Source: a virus (lineage: Duplodnaviria > Caudoviricetes). From it: 36,756 nt of DNA. The translations under genes and the position numbers were made by a program. Positions 23,745 to 31,921 of this stretch are shown one piece after another. The stretch's first letter is position 1; every line of letters starts with the position of its first letter. The notes below the pieces were generated by a model. It was not told the DNA's origin and ran no database searches. It saw nothing but the letters and a program-made list of their open reading frames with translations. The DNA is taken from IMG/VR virus record IMGVR_UViG_3300049731_000218, positions 1 through 36,756 of that record; one strand, given 5' to 3'.

Positions 23745-26425
23745 TCGACGTTGTCAACAACGAGCTGCTTCGCACGCTCGACGCGCGAACGATCCGCCGT
23801 CACGACGGCGTCACTTGGCGTGCCCTGCCCGCCACCCCGTACCCGGCCGAAGCGCCCGGCGACGACGTGTGCGCGTTCGCGACCGACGGTCCGCTCAAAG
23901 ACAAGCACACCGACGAGCGCCACATCCGATGGCTACCGGACGGTCTGTCCCCGGCGTGGTCCGTGGAGGACGGCTGCGTAGGGTTCGCCAGTGTCGGAGC
24001 GAGCGTCGCCCGACGTGCGTTGATCGACTGCGGGTTCGACGCGACGACCCCGCACATCGTCAAGTTCACGATCGGACCGGACCCCGGTTCCGGTGCGGGC
24101 AACACCTACGAAACCGGCGTGATCGTGTGCGCCGAAGGCGCAGCGTCCTCCGACGATTGCATCGTCTACCAGTTCAGCGAAGGCTTCGGCAATCTTCACA
24201 TCATCAACCACCAACCGGCAGGAACCAGCATCGGCACCCGACTCGGCACGGCCGTTTCCGAGGGCAGCGTGCTCCAAGTCGAGGTCGGGACCGACCCCGG
24301 CTCCGGTGCGACCTACGTCTTCGTGCACACGCATACAGGCGGTCGGGTTGGACCGTTCGCCATCCCAGCGGGGACCTTCGCTGCCAACACGATGGTCGGC
24401 GTGTGGGGGAGCGACGGCATCGCTCACCGCCTGATCGCCGGTTGGGAGGTGTTCGAGGGGTCGATCATCCACGAAGCTCCGCTGTCGTCGTCACTGTTCA
24501 CGGGCGCCGCCGCCGAGCTGAACGCCTACGCCGACGATCAAGGCCACACGTTCGGCCGCTCCAACGCCGTATTCGACCTGAACGGCTCAGGGCAGGTGTA
24601 CGCCAATGTCGCCACCGGCCTCGCCAACTCGATCGTCGGGTTCGTGGATGTGCGCTATCGGGACGTTGAAGTGAAAGCCGACGTGGCGACCGGCACCGGC
24701 GCGGGGATCGCAGCGAGCGTCATGGCGTGCTTCCCGTCGGCATCCCAACAGAACGACTTTCTCGCTGCGGACATCCTCCAAACCGGGACGATCAACCTGC
24801 GCAAACGAGTCGCGTCGACCAACACGATTCTGGCATCCGATGCCGGCCACACCGCAGGCGACACCACCCACCGAGAGCTGCGCATGGTGATCAACTGGCC
24901 GGACGTGGACGTGTATTACGACGGGGCGGTCACTCCCGACATCTCCTACACGCTGACCCCCACCGACCAGTCCGACCTCGGTGGCGGAACCCGGACGCGT
25001 GTCGGGTTCGGAGTGACCAAGCAGAACGCCGTCGCCTCGCCGACCATCAACTCGTGGGAATGCACGGTTGCCACCGCGCCAGAGGACTTCGCCGATTACG
25101 TCACCGAGATCGACCTTGGTGCCGACAACTACTCGGGCAACACCTACTGCGCGCCGGCGTACGGGCCGATCATCACCAGCGACGGCACGAAGCAGATCGT
25201 TGGCACCCCGGAGCTCGACGGCGGCGACATCTATTGGGGCTACAAGATCAGAGACCTCCCGGCCGGTGCGTTCGGCTCGAGGGTGCTACTGACCGATCTC
25301 GGCATCGTGCCCGACGACGACAACCACAACGCGTGCGCCTACGCCTTCGACGGCGACGGCCGCATTCTCGCGTGCGGCAACCATCATGCTGAACCGTTGA
25401 AGATGGTGATCGGCGGGACCGCCTACTCGTCGAGCTTCACGCTCGTCGACACGGCCGACATGGGTGGCGTGATCGACACGCCCGACACCTGGATCACCTA
25501 CCCGCAGTTCCTCCCGCTGCCGTCGGGCGACGTGCTGTTCACATGCCGCCGTGGCGTTCCCGCATTGTCGGACCAGCTGCTCTACCGGTGGAACTACGCG
25601 ACCGCCGACTGGACGCCGCTCGGCCCCGACGACGACGGCCTGCTCATCAACGGTACGCACGGCAACCCCACCCATGACCGTGGCGTGTACCTCACCGGCA
25701 ACGGCGGGATGGTGCGCTCACCGATCAGTGGCGACATCCACATGGCCTGGACCTGGTGCCGAGAAGTCGACCCCGAAGACGCCGAGGGGCCGCTCAACAC
25801 GCTGTATCACGACGTCTGCCACATTTTCTCGGACGACGACGGCGTGACCTGGCGGAAGCACGTTACGACCACCGCGTTCGGCATGCCCCTCGACGTGTTG
25901 GATGACAACATCACGGCGCTTGAAACCGGTGGCGGTCCTCCTGATCCTGTGGGTGTCGGACTCGAGAACATCCCGACCATCTTTATCGACGACAACGATC
26001 AGCCGAACGTCCTCACCTGGATCACGTCGGACCCTCCAACGTGGAAGCACCTCGTGTGGGACGGCTCGGGAGTGTGGAACGCTCCGCTCGACGCCGACGT
26101 GGATTGGAACAAGAGGTCCGCGGCCGGGTTCGCTTACGACGGCCGCACCTTCGCCATCGCCCGCCCGACCGGTTCCAACGGCGCGTGGCTGTATGAACTC
26201 ACGCCCGGATCAGGTGACTACGGCACACGCCTAGCGCGGCTGCACCAGGGGATCGTCACGACCGGATGGCACGCCAACTACGACGCCAACCGGCTTGTCG
26301 CCGAAGGCATCATCTCGCTGCTGGTCACTCCGTCGGCGGGCGCCGGCATCGGCGGCGGGTACGACGCCGTCCAGGCCTACGTGATCGACTTCGACGTGGC
26401 GCAGTTCATCGACGACGGCTTCTGA
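23741..26425 (+). CDS. Large receptor-binding protein: two beta-sandwich-like domains plus BNR-4-type beta-propeller
   Basis: GTGA-coupled. DDDNHN...DGDGRI...NHH, TYPQF...GDVLFTCR, GDIHMAWTW and Asp-box SDDDGVTW. Confidence 0.7.
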   Translation: MIDVVNNELLRTLDARTIRRHDGVTWRALPATPYPAEAPGDDVCAFATDGPLKDKHTDERHIRWLPDGLSPAWSVEDGCVGFASVGASVARRALIDCGFDATTPHIVKFTIGPDPGSGAGNTYETGVIVCAEGAASSDDCIVYQFSEGFGNLHIINHQPAGTSIGTRLGTAVSEGSVLQVEVGTDPGSGATYVFVHTHTGGRVGPFAIPAGTFAANTMVGVWGSDGIAHRLIAGWEVFEGSIIHEAPLSSSLFTGAAAELNAYADDQGHTFGRSNAVFDLNGSGQVYANVATGLANSIVGFVDVRYRDVEVKADVATGTGAGIAASVMACFPSASQQNDFLAADILQTGTINLRKRVASTNTILASDAGHTAGDTTHRELRMVINWPDVDVYYDGAVTPDISYTLTPTDQSDLGGGTRTRVGFGVTKQNAVASPTINSWECTVATAPEDFADYVTEIDLGADNYSGNTYCAPAYGPIITSDGTKQIVGTPELDGGDIYWGYKIRDLPAGAFGSRVLLTDLGIVPDDDNHNACAYAFDGDGRILACGNHHAEPLKMVIGGTAYSSSFTLVDTADMGGVIDTPDTWITYPQFLPLPSGDVLFTCRRGVPALSDQLLYRWNYATADWTPLGPDDDGLLINGTHGNPTHDRGVYLTGNGGMVRSPISGDIHMAWTWCREVDPEDAEGPLNTLYHDVCHIFSDDDGVTWRKHVTTTAFGMPLDVLDDNITALETGGGPPDPVGVGLENIPTIFIDDNDQPNVLTWITSDPPTWKHLVWDGSGVWNAPLDADVDWNKRSAAGFAYDGRTFAIARPTGSNGAWLYELTPGSGDYGTRLARLHQGIVTTGWHANYDANRLVAEGIISLLVTPSAGAGIGGGYDAVQAYVIDFDVAQFIDDGF

Positions 26426-26442
26426 CCGGAGCTTGAACCGGG

Positions 26443-26471
26443 ACGCCCCCGCTTCGGCGGGGGCGTTTCTT
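26443..26471 (+). terminator. Intrinsic terminator between convergent operons
   Basis: ACGCCCCCGC-TTCG-GCGGGGGCGT followed by TTCTT. Confidence 0.85.
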
Positions 26472-26476
26472 CGCGT

Positions 26477-27004
26477 TCAGCCGATGGTCAACGCCACGTT
26501 CCAGCCCGCCGCTTCCATCTGCTCTTGCGAGTACGACAGGGAGCCGCGCCGCCCAACCTCGATCTCGTAGAAGTCGGACTCAGGAACGTCGGTCAGAGTG
26601 ATCGGGAAGCGACAGTCGTACAGCGTGATCGCGCCGGTGTCGAGTGTTTGCATCGCCACACCCGGCCCCAGCTGACCGGTGGCGATGGTCTTACCGGCCG
26701 CGTCCTTGACGACCACGCCCAGCCCGCCGCGTATGTCGTCGTAGCCGCCAGTGCCGGAACAGCTCGCGCCGTCTCGACTGATGTTGCTGCTACCGGTGAG
26801 AGTGAAGCTACCGGTGAGGGTCTGCGTGTCAGGCGCGTCGTCGCGGATCAGGAAGTACCAGCCCACCCCAGCGGCGGCGACCAGCACCGCGACCACAGCG
26901 ACGGCGACCGTGAGTAGCCGCCCCCGCCGGCGCCTCGCTTCGGCTGCGACCTCAACTTCGTCGTCCAGCTCGGGCTCGCTCGCCTCGAGCTCGTCATCGG
27001 CCAC
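26477..27004 (-). CDS. Membrane-anchored protein with extracellular beta domain
   Basis: RRRRGR followed by a TM helix, then CSGTGGYDDI...C.F...VPESDFYEIEVGRRG. Start uncertain (27004 or 27070). Confidence 0.75.
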   Translation of the reverse strand: MADDELEASEPELDDEVEVAAEARRRRGRLLTVAVAVVAVLVAAAGVGWYFLIRDDAPDTQTLTGSFTLTGSSNISRDGASCSGTGGYDDIRGGLGVVVKDAAGKTIATGQLGPGVAMQTLDTGAITLYDCRFPITLTDVPESDFYEIEVGRRGSLSYSQEQMEAAGWNVALTIG

Positions 27005-27051
27005 GGTGGTCGAGAGTACCGGCCCGGATCCGGCCCGGGCTTCGCCGGCGT

Positions 27052-27513
27052 TCAGCCGCCGGTGACGCACTCCATCAGAGCCTGCGCCATCTCGTCACCG
27101 GCGCTCGGCGACCCGGGGAGGTCGCGCCCATCAGGCAGCAGGGTGTACTCGCGGGCTGATCCTGAGAGCGCGTACGGGGTCGCGCCGACGAAGACCCACA
27201 CGTCAGCCGTCGAGACCCGGATGTCGCCCTCGTACACGTTCGCCGCGAACCACCGAAGGTCGCCCTCAGTCGAGCTGAATGCCTCGCCGAGCCGCGTCGC
27301 TCCAGCAGTGAGCGCGGCCGAGACGGTGGCAACCTCGGCCCCAGACGCCGGGTCGCACTGAACCGGCACGGTCGTGGTTGTCGACGAAGAGGTGGCCGTC
27401 GACGACGTGGACGTTGCCGGAATCGACAGGGTGGTCGTCACCAGCTCGGGGTCGGAGTCCGACGAGCACCCCACCAACAACGCCGGCACAACGACCCACG
27501 CCCAGCCCCTCAC
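27052..27513 (-). CDS. Lipoprotein with Ser/Thr-rich linker
   Basis: Lipobox LLVGC, then TTTLSIPATSTSSTATSSSTTTT. Confidence 0.78.
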   Translation of the reverse strand: MRGWAWVVVPALLVGCSSDSDPELVTTTLSIPATSTSSTATSSSTTTTVPVQCDPASGAEVATVSAALTAGATRLGEAFSSTEGDLRWFAANVYEGDIRVSTADVWVFVGATPYALSGSAREYTLLPDGRDLPGSPSAGDEMAQALMECVTGG

Positions 27514-27531
27514 GACGTTCGAGGGTACCCG

Positions 27532-28389
27532 TCAGCCTGGTGGCAAGCCGGGGAGCCGCTCGACGTGTGTTGCCAGCTCGAGCGGCGTGATCAACGTGTA
27601 GATCTGCGTCGACTGCAACGAAGCATGGCGGAGGCCCTCCTGGGCGACTCTGGTGTTCCCACCCGACGCGCGTAGCAGCTGAGTGCCGAACCGGTGACGA
27701 AGCGCGTGCAACGTGTCAGCGATCCCAATCGAGTGCAGGAACCGGTTCGACAGGTGGCTGACCTGCGCCCCCGAGATGTGGCCGGGCTGGCCGTCACGGC
27801 GGGGGAACAGCCAGCCCTGTCGGGGTAGACCCGACCGGCGGAGCTCGTCGACGAGGAACCCACCGAGGGGCACGGTGCCGGGATGGCCGCCCTTCCCGTC
27901 GTTCACGATGATGATCGGTGGCTCAGATCGCCACCACAGATCCTCGGCCCGGAGCTGGGCTATCTCCGAGGCACGCAGCCCTCCCCACGCCGCCAACAGC
28001 AGCGCCGGCCGAACCCGACCGTCGGCGGGGGCCCGGTCGAGGGCGCGCCACAGTTCTTCTTCAGGGATAGGGCGGGGGAGACGTCTTAGCAGGTGGGGGC
28101 GTCGCAGCTCGGCGGCGGGGTTCTCCTCGAGGTGGCCTTGGCGGGTGGCCCACAGATAGAACTGTCGGACGTGGGAAACCTCGGTGGCCTGGGACTCGGC
28201 CGACAGTGGTCGGAAGCACCACGCTTCAAGCTGGTCGGCAGTCGCGGCGAGGAGGCTGGCAGGGTCCAGCCAGGCGGCGAGCCGTGAGAGGACGCGTCGC
28301 CGCTGGTAGATCGTCGATGCTCGAAGGTTCCGCCGCTGCATCTCGACCAGGCACGCGGTGATGATCGCGGCCGTGTTCAGGTTCTTCAC
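27532..28389 (-). CDS. int: Tyrosine integrase (short; no arm-binding domain)
   Basis: GLRASE (R), GKGG (K), HALRH (HxxR), LRHAS, TQIYT (Y). Likely GTG start at 28389; ORF open to 28458. Confidence 0.93.
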   Translation of the reverse strand: MKNLNTAAIITACLVEMQRRNLRASTIYQRRRVLSRLAAWLDPASLLAATADQLEAWCFRPLSAESQATEVSHVRQFYLWATRQGHLEENPAAELRRPHLLRRLPRPIPEEELWRALDRAPADGRVRPALLLAAWGGLRASEIAQLRAEDLWWRSEPPIIIVNDGKGGHPGTVPLGGFLVDELRRSGLPRQGWLFPRRDGQPGHISGAQVSHLSNRFLHSIGIADTLHALRHRFGTQLLRASGGNTRVAQEGLRHASLQSTQIYTLITPLELATHVERLPGLPPG

Positions 28390-28461
28390 CCGCTCCCCCC
28401 ATCCTCCGCTCCCCTGTACAAGTCGGGTGTGACAGGGCTCGGCTTGAGCGGTGAACAAGGC

Positions 28462-28782
28462 TCAGTCGATCGAGGCCGCCATCATGGCGAGGGGTGAGCC
28501 GATGGCGAAGTCGGCGAAGCTACTTCCAGTTCTGAACCCTGCGAGCCAGTCGGCGGGGAATCCCGTGATCGCCTCGAGCTGCAGGCAGACGTCGGTCAGC
28601 GCGCCGCCGCGCGGCTTGTTGATGTCGGCCTCCCAGTTCGAGTACCGCTCCACCTTGACCGTCTTGCCGTCGACTCTGAGCTGGTCAGAGATCTGTTGCT
28701 GGGTGAGCCCCGCATGCCGGCGGGCCTTGCGGAATCGGTCGCCGAGTGTCCATTCGGGGATGTCGTCGTACGCCAGTGCCAT
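28462..28782 (-). CDS. Immunity repressor (XRE HTH)
   Basis: IPEWTLGDRFRKARRHAGLTQQQI...YSNWEADINKPR...TGFPADWL; GGAGGTG SD. Confidence 0.9.
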   Translation of the reverse strand: MALAYDDIPEWTLGDRFRKARRHAGLTQQQISDQLRVDGKTVKVERYSNWEADINKPRGGALTDVCLQLEAITGFPADWLAGFRTGSSFADFAIGSPLAMMAASID

Positions 28783-28822
28783 CGTCGTCACCTCCCTCCA
28801 AGGATCTGTCGATACCTGGGTA

Positions 28823-28851
28823 ACCATAGGCAAACCTGGCACAAGTAGCAA
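28823..28851 (-). promoter_or_regulatory. Repressor promoter
   Basis: TTGCTA-17 bp-TATGGT on the - strand, upstream of the repressor. Confidence 0.65.
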
Positions 28852-28870
28852 GAGCCCGCAAAACTAGGTA

Positions 28871-28902
28871 TTGACAGCAACGCTGGCCGGGTGTTTCATG
28901 CT
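28871..28902 (+). promoter_or_regulatory. Early lytic promoter
   Basis: Perfect TTGACA at 28871. The -10 is ambiguous (TTTCAT at 17 bp, or CATGCT 5 nt before the start codon). Confidence 0.5.
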
Positions 28903-28907
28903 CAGCC

Positions 28908-29111
28908 GTGGCCGCTGTGCATTCACAGGAACCCTCCGGATCACTACGAATCGGCGAAGCCGCCGAACTCCTGGGGGTCAGCACCGACACGGTCCGTCGC
29001 TGGTGCGATGCCGGGAAACTGCCCCACTGGCGCACCCCCAGCGGTGAGCGCCGCGTCCGCCGGGCGGACATCCAGCGCCTCCTCGTCGAGCCGGAGGTGC
29101 AGGCAGGGTGA
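28908..29111 (+). CDS. Excisionase/Cro-equivalent HTH (MerR-like, HTH_17)
   Basis: LRIGEAAELLGVSTDTVRRWCDAGKL...RTPSGERR; divergent from the repressor. Confidence 0.88.
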   Translation: MAAVHSQEPSGSLRIGEAAELLGVSTDTVRRWCDAGKLPHWRTPSGERRVRRADIQRLLVEPEVQAG

Positions 29112-29260
29112 CCCTCCGGACGATCACCAACGCGAAGGTTGCGGCGCGTCTCGCCCCGTGTGACGACTGCGGCGCCGAACCGAACGAGCTCTGCCGAACC
29201 CTCGACGGGTCGGGGCACACCACCCGAGTCGACTCGAAGCGGGGCCGACGGTGGACATGA
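29108..29260 (+). CDS. Small Zn-finger-like protein (not in ORF track)
   Basis: APCDDCGAEPNELC motif; GTGA/ATGA coupling. Confidence 0.65.
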   Translation: MTLRTITNAKVAARLAPCDDCGAEPNELCRTLDGSGHTTRVDSKRGRRWT

Positions 29261-29352
29261 CCGCCGCGGTCGTTGCCATGCTCCTCCGCGCGGCGATCCT
29301 CATGCCCGGCATCGCCGGCGCCACCCTCGTCGTGCGGGCGTGCGGGGGCTGA
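29257..29352 (+). CDS. 31-aa hydrophobic peptide
   Basis: MTAAVVAMLLRAAILMPGIAGATLVVRACGG; ATGA-coupled. Confidence 0.5.
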   Translation: MTAAVVAMLLRAAILMPGIAGATLVVRACGG

Positions 29353-29353
29353 C

Positions 29354-29431
29354 GTGCTCGTCATCTTCGCTCTCGCCGCCCTCGCTGTGGCCGCAGGGAT
29401 GCTGGCCAAGACGTTGGACGCGCTCCGATGA
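29354..29431 (+). CDS. 25-aa hydrophobic peptide
   Basis: MLVIFALAALAVAAGMLAKTLDALR; starts after a 1-nt gap following the previous stop. Confidence 0.5.
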   Translation: MLVIFALAALAVAAGMLAKTLDALR

Positions 29432-29532
29432 GCCGGCTGACCCGCGCGTGGCATCTGTGGTGGCCGTTCCTCGGGCTGCTCGCGCTCGTCGCGATCGGCT
29501 GCGCGCTCGACCCCGGACAGGGCATGCCGTGA
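29428..29532 (+). CDS. 34-aa hydrophobic peptide
   Basis: MSRLTRAWHLWWPFLGLLALVAIGCALDPGQGMP; ATGA-coupled. Confidence 0.5.
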   Translation: MSRLTRAWHLWWPFLGLLALVAIGCALDPGQGMP

Positions 29533-29618
29533 TCGTCGCGTTTCTCTGCGCCGTGATCGCCGTGTCGCTGGTGATCGTCGCCGTCCAGGTCGCCAAGATC
29601 CTCGAGGAGCGACGTTGA
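29529..29618 (+). CDS. 29-aa hydrophobic peptide
   Basis: MIVAFLCAVIAVSLVIVAVQVAKILEERR; GTGA-coupled. Confidence 0.55.
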   Translation: MIVAFLCAVIAVSLVIVAVQVAKILEERR

Positions 29619-29779
29619 GCGCCCCTCCCGGCGGTCTGACCCGACGGCTGCCCTATCTCGGGGCTCAGCCCGACCCGTTCCTCAACGTTCTGCGGGACGC
29701 GCACGCGCGGTTCATGGCTTTGCCGTTGTGGTTCTGGGATCGAACCCAGCTTGAGCCGTCGACGACGAGGCCGTTCTGA
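29615..29779 (+). CDS. 54-aa hypothetical protein
   Basis: TTGA overlap after GAGGAG; TGATG overlap with the next gene. Confidence 0.5.
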   Translation: MSAPPGGLTRRLPYLGAQPDPFLNVLRDAHARFMALPLWFWDRTQLEPSTTRPF

Positions 29780-29997
29780 TGGGCCGCAAGTGGGAGGGTG
29801 ACGATCTCGTTGCGCAGGTCCGTGCGGACCACGACGACGGCGCGGCGGAGGTGGTCGCCCGGTTCCTCGCGAGCGGCGGCTCGCCGCCGGCGAAACCCGC
29901 CCGGGCGAGGAAAGCGCCGGCTAAGGCGGTGCGCGCGGTCGGCCGGTCTGCCGCCTACCGGGGCTACCGCGGACCACGGATGAGGTCTCCCCGTTGA
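29779..29997 (+). CDS. Basic hypothetical protein
   Basis: Coupled ORF in the early operon. Confidence 0.55.
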   Translation: MGRKWEGDDLVAQVRADHDDGAAEVVARFLASGGSPPAKPARARKAPAKAVRAVGRSAAYRGYRGPRMRSPR

Positions 29998-30176
29998 TCG
30001 TCGCGGCGTTCCTCGGCGGGCTCCTGGTCGGGGGTTTCGCGTTGTGGTGTCACACCACCGGTGTCACGCGTGACGCGTTGTCGGAACGTAACGCGTGGCG
30101 TGTCGCGCTCATCGCCTTCGCTGCGGTGGTCGTGGTTGCTCTCGTGTTCATCGCGGACGTGGCGGTGCGGCCATGA
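29994..30176 (+). CDS. Two-TM small membrane protein
   Basis: Two hydrophobic stretches; coupled on both sides. Confidence 0.6.
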   Translation: MIVAAFLGGLLVGGFALWCHTTGVTRDALSERNAWRVALIAFAAVVVVALVFIADVAVRP

Positions 30177-31537
30177 CGACCGTCGAGGTGCGCAAGCTCT
30201 CCAAGCGCCAAGCACGGAAGCTGACCGACGAGATCAAGTCCCACGCCGAGACGCTGTGGGGCCTGCTCGTGGAGATGTACGAGGGCCAGGGGTGGAAGGC
30301 GCTCGGCTACAAGACGTGGGGCGCGTACGTCGAGGCTGAGCTGTCGGTGACCCGGCAGCACTCGTACATGATTCTCGACCAGGCACGCGTGGTGAAAGAG
30401 CTGGTCGAGGCCACTGACGTGTCAGACGCGTCTGACATCTCGATGCGTGACGCGCAGGTCGCGAAGGCCGAGATGAGCGCCGTCGTCGACGACGTCCAAG
30501 AGGCGAAGGCTGAAGGTGCATCCGACGCCGACGCGGTTCGCACGGGCATCGCGAAGGCCCGAGAGCGGCTCGCTGCCGAGCCGTCCGACCTCGTGCGCAG
30601 ACTGACCAACGCCGCCGAAGGATCGGGCGGTCTCGCTGTCATCCGGCCGCACGTAAAGTTCCAATGCCAGGAGATCGCACAGCTTCTCCTGCCGCACGCC
30701 GAGTCGCATCCGGAGTGGTGCGAGGGTGTGTGGCGCTCCACGCAGGCCGCCGGCAAGCGCGGCGATCAGGGCGGGCTGGTCGTGCTCGCCGGCGACGCGC
30801 GCCGCGGACCGCACTCGAGCGGCGAAGATCTGGACAGCGCCCGAAGCGCTAACCCCAGCGTTGAAGGGGTCGAGGGGTCCGATCCGTCGGGACCACCAGC
30901 GCTGTCCGAAGATGTGGGTGGAGGTTCCGACGACCGCGAGGAGTCGGCCCCAGCTCAGGGTTGGTCGACCTCCACCCCGATCGAGGAACACCACGCCAGC
31001 AGTGGCGAGCAGGTGGAGGCTGCGGATGCGTCCGCGCCTGGGGGAACCCCCACGCCTGTTCCCGATGGTGCCCTCGCACCCGACGCGGCCCCCACCCGCG
31101 CCGCGTCGGGTGAGATCGATGGCGGGCATGGTGCGCAGGGAGAGCCTGCGACGACGGCATCCGTCCATGAAACACCCGCCATCCCGGAAGGCGGCCAGGG
31201 TCTCGACCGCCCACTCGCCCTGTCTTCCGATGCTGGCGAGGACGCGCCCACACCCGCGTCCTCGCCGGCCACCTACGGCAACGAGGAACAGGGCCACCGG
31301 CTGCCACCCGAGGTGAAGGGCAATGGGTTCCGGCCGCACGACGTCGGGTCGAAGCTGTTCACCTGGGTCCGGTCCGCGCCGACGCTGACCGCGTCGAAGA
31401 GGTTGGACGAGGCCGAGGCCGCGGTGCGAGCCCTCGACGACGGTGAACGGGCGCTCCTCGCGGCTGAGATCGACGACCGTATCGAGACGCTCACAGCGCT
31501 GCGCCAAGCGCTGCAGTACGCGGGGGCGACCCGATGA
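30173..31537 (+). CDS. Hypothetical protein: helical N-terminal domain plus long disordered linker
   Basis: ARKLTDEIK...WKALGYKTWGAYVEAELSVTRQHSY is a recurrent phage N-terminal motif; Pro/Ala/Ser/acidic middle region. Confidence 0.75.
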   Translation: MTTVEVRKLSKRQARKLTDEIKSHAETLWGLLVEMYEGQGWKALGYKTWGAYVEAELSVTRQHSYMILDQARVVKELVEATDVSDASDISMRDAQVAKAEMSAVVDDVQEAKAEGASDADAVRTGIAKARERLAAEPSDLVRRLTNAAEGSGGLAVIRPHVKFQCQEIAQLLLPHAESHPEWCEGVWRSTQAAGKRGDQGGLVVLAGDARRGPHSSGEDLDSARSANPSVEGVEGSDPSGPPALSEDVGGGSDDREESAPAQGWSTSTPIEEHHASSGEQVEAADASAPGGTPTPVPDGALAPDAAPTRAASGEIDGGHGAQGEPATTASVHETPAIPEGGQGLDRPLALSSDAGEDAPTPASSPATYGNEEQGHRLPPEVKGNGFRPHDVGSKLFTWVRSAPTLTASKRLDEAEAAVRALDDGERALLAAEIDDRIETLTALRQALQYAGATR

Positions 31538-31737
31538 CCGAACAGCCCCGCGAGCGGCCTGTCCCGTGCGCCCTCGCGTGCGGACGGACGACGTGGAACA
31601 ACGACGGCATCTGCTCCGAGCGATGCCGCGAAACAAACAGACGGCTTCGTGCTCTGCGCGAGCGGCACCCGCTCCGTTCACCTGGTCTCCCGACTCGGTC
31701 TGCTTCGGGTGTCGCTCGCGGAGCTCACGAGACGTAA
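31534..31737 (+). CDS. Small Cys-rich protein
   Basis: CALACG...ICSERC; ATGA-coupled. Confidence 0.55.
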   Translation: MTEQPRERPVPCALACGRTTWNNDGICSERCRETNRRLRALRERHPLRSPGLPTRSASGVARGAHET

Positions 31738-31753
31738 CCCAGGGGAGAGAGGC

Positions 31754-31921
31754 ATGGTCCGTTTCCAGCTTCGCCGCGCCATCGGCGGGTTCTACTTCCG
31801 CATCCGTGCACGCAACGGCAAGACCCTGGCGCACAGTGAGGTCTACCGCCAACGGCGCAGCGCCCGACGGGCCATCACGCTCATCGGCGGGCCAGACGCG
31901 ATCGTCGAGGACGAGACGTGA
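31754..31921 (+). CDS. DUF1508/YegP-like protein (second copy)
   Basis: FYFRIRARNGKTLAHSEVYRQRRSARRAI; GGAGAGAGG SD. Confidence 0.85.
   Translation: MVRFQLRRAIGGFYFRIRARNGKTLAHSEVYRQRRSARRAITLIGGPDAIVEDET

Noticed and set aside
23741-26425. Diversity-generating retroelement or invertible tail-fibre cassette
   Set aside because: No reverse transcriptase or serine invertase gene was found, and I saw no template/variable repeat pair by eye.
28520-28560. GCAGGGTTCAGAAC (- strand) as a tRNA-derived attP or tRNA fragment
   Set aside because: It only loosely resembles a T-arm (GGTTCGAA) and no cloverleaf can be built. No tRNA was called anywhere in the window.
28810-28890. Repressor operators (TACCTGGGTA, AACCTGGCA, AACTAGGTA)
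   Set aside because: The position is plausible, but the similarity is too degenerate to define a consensus without computation.
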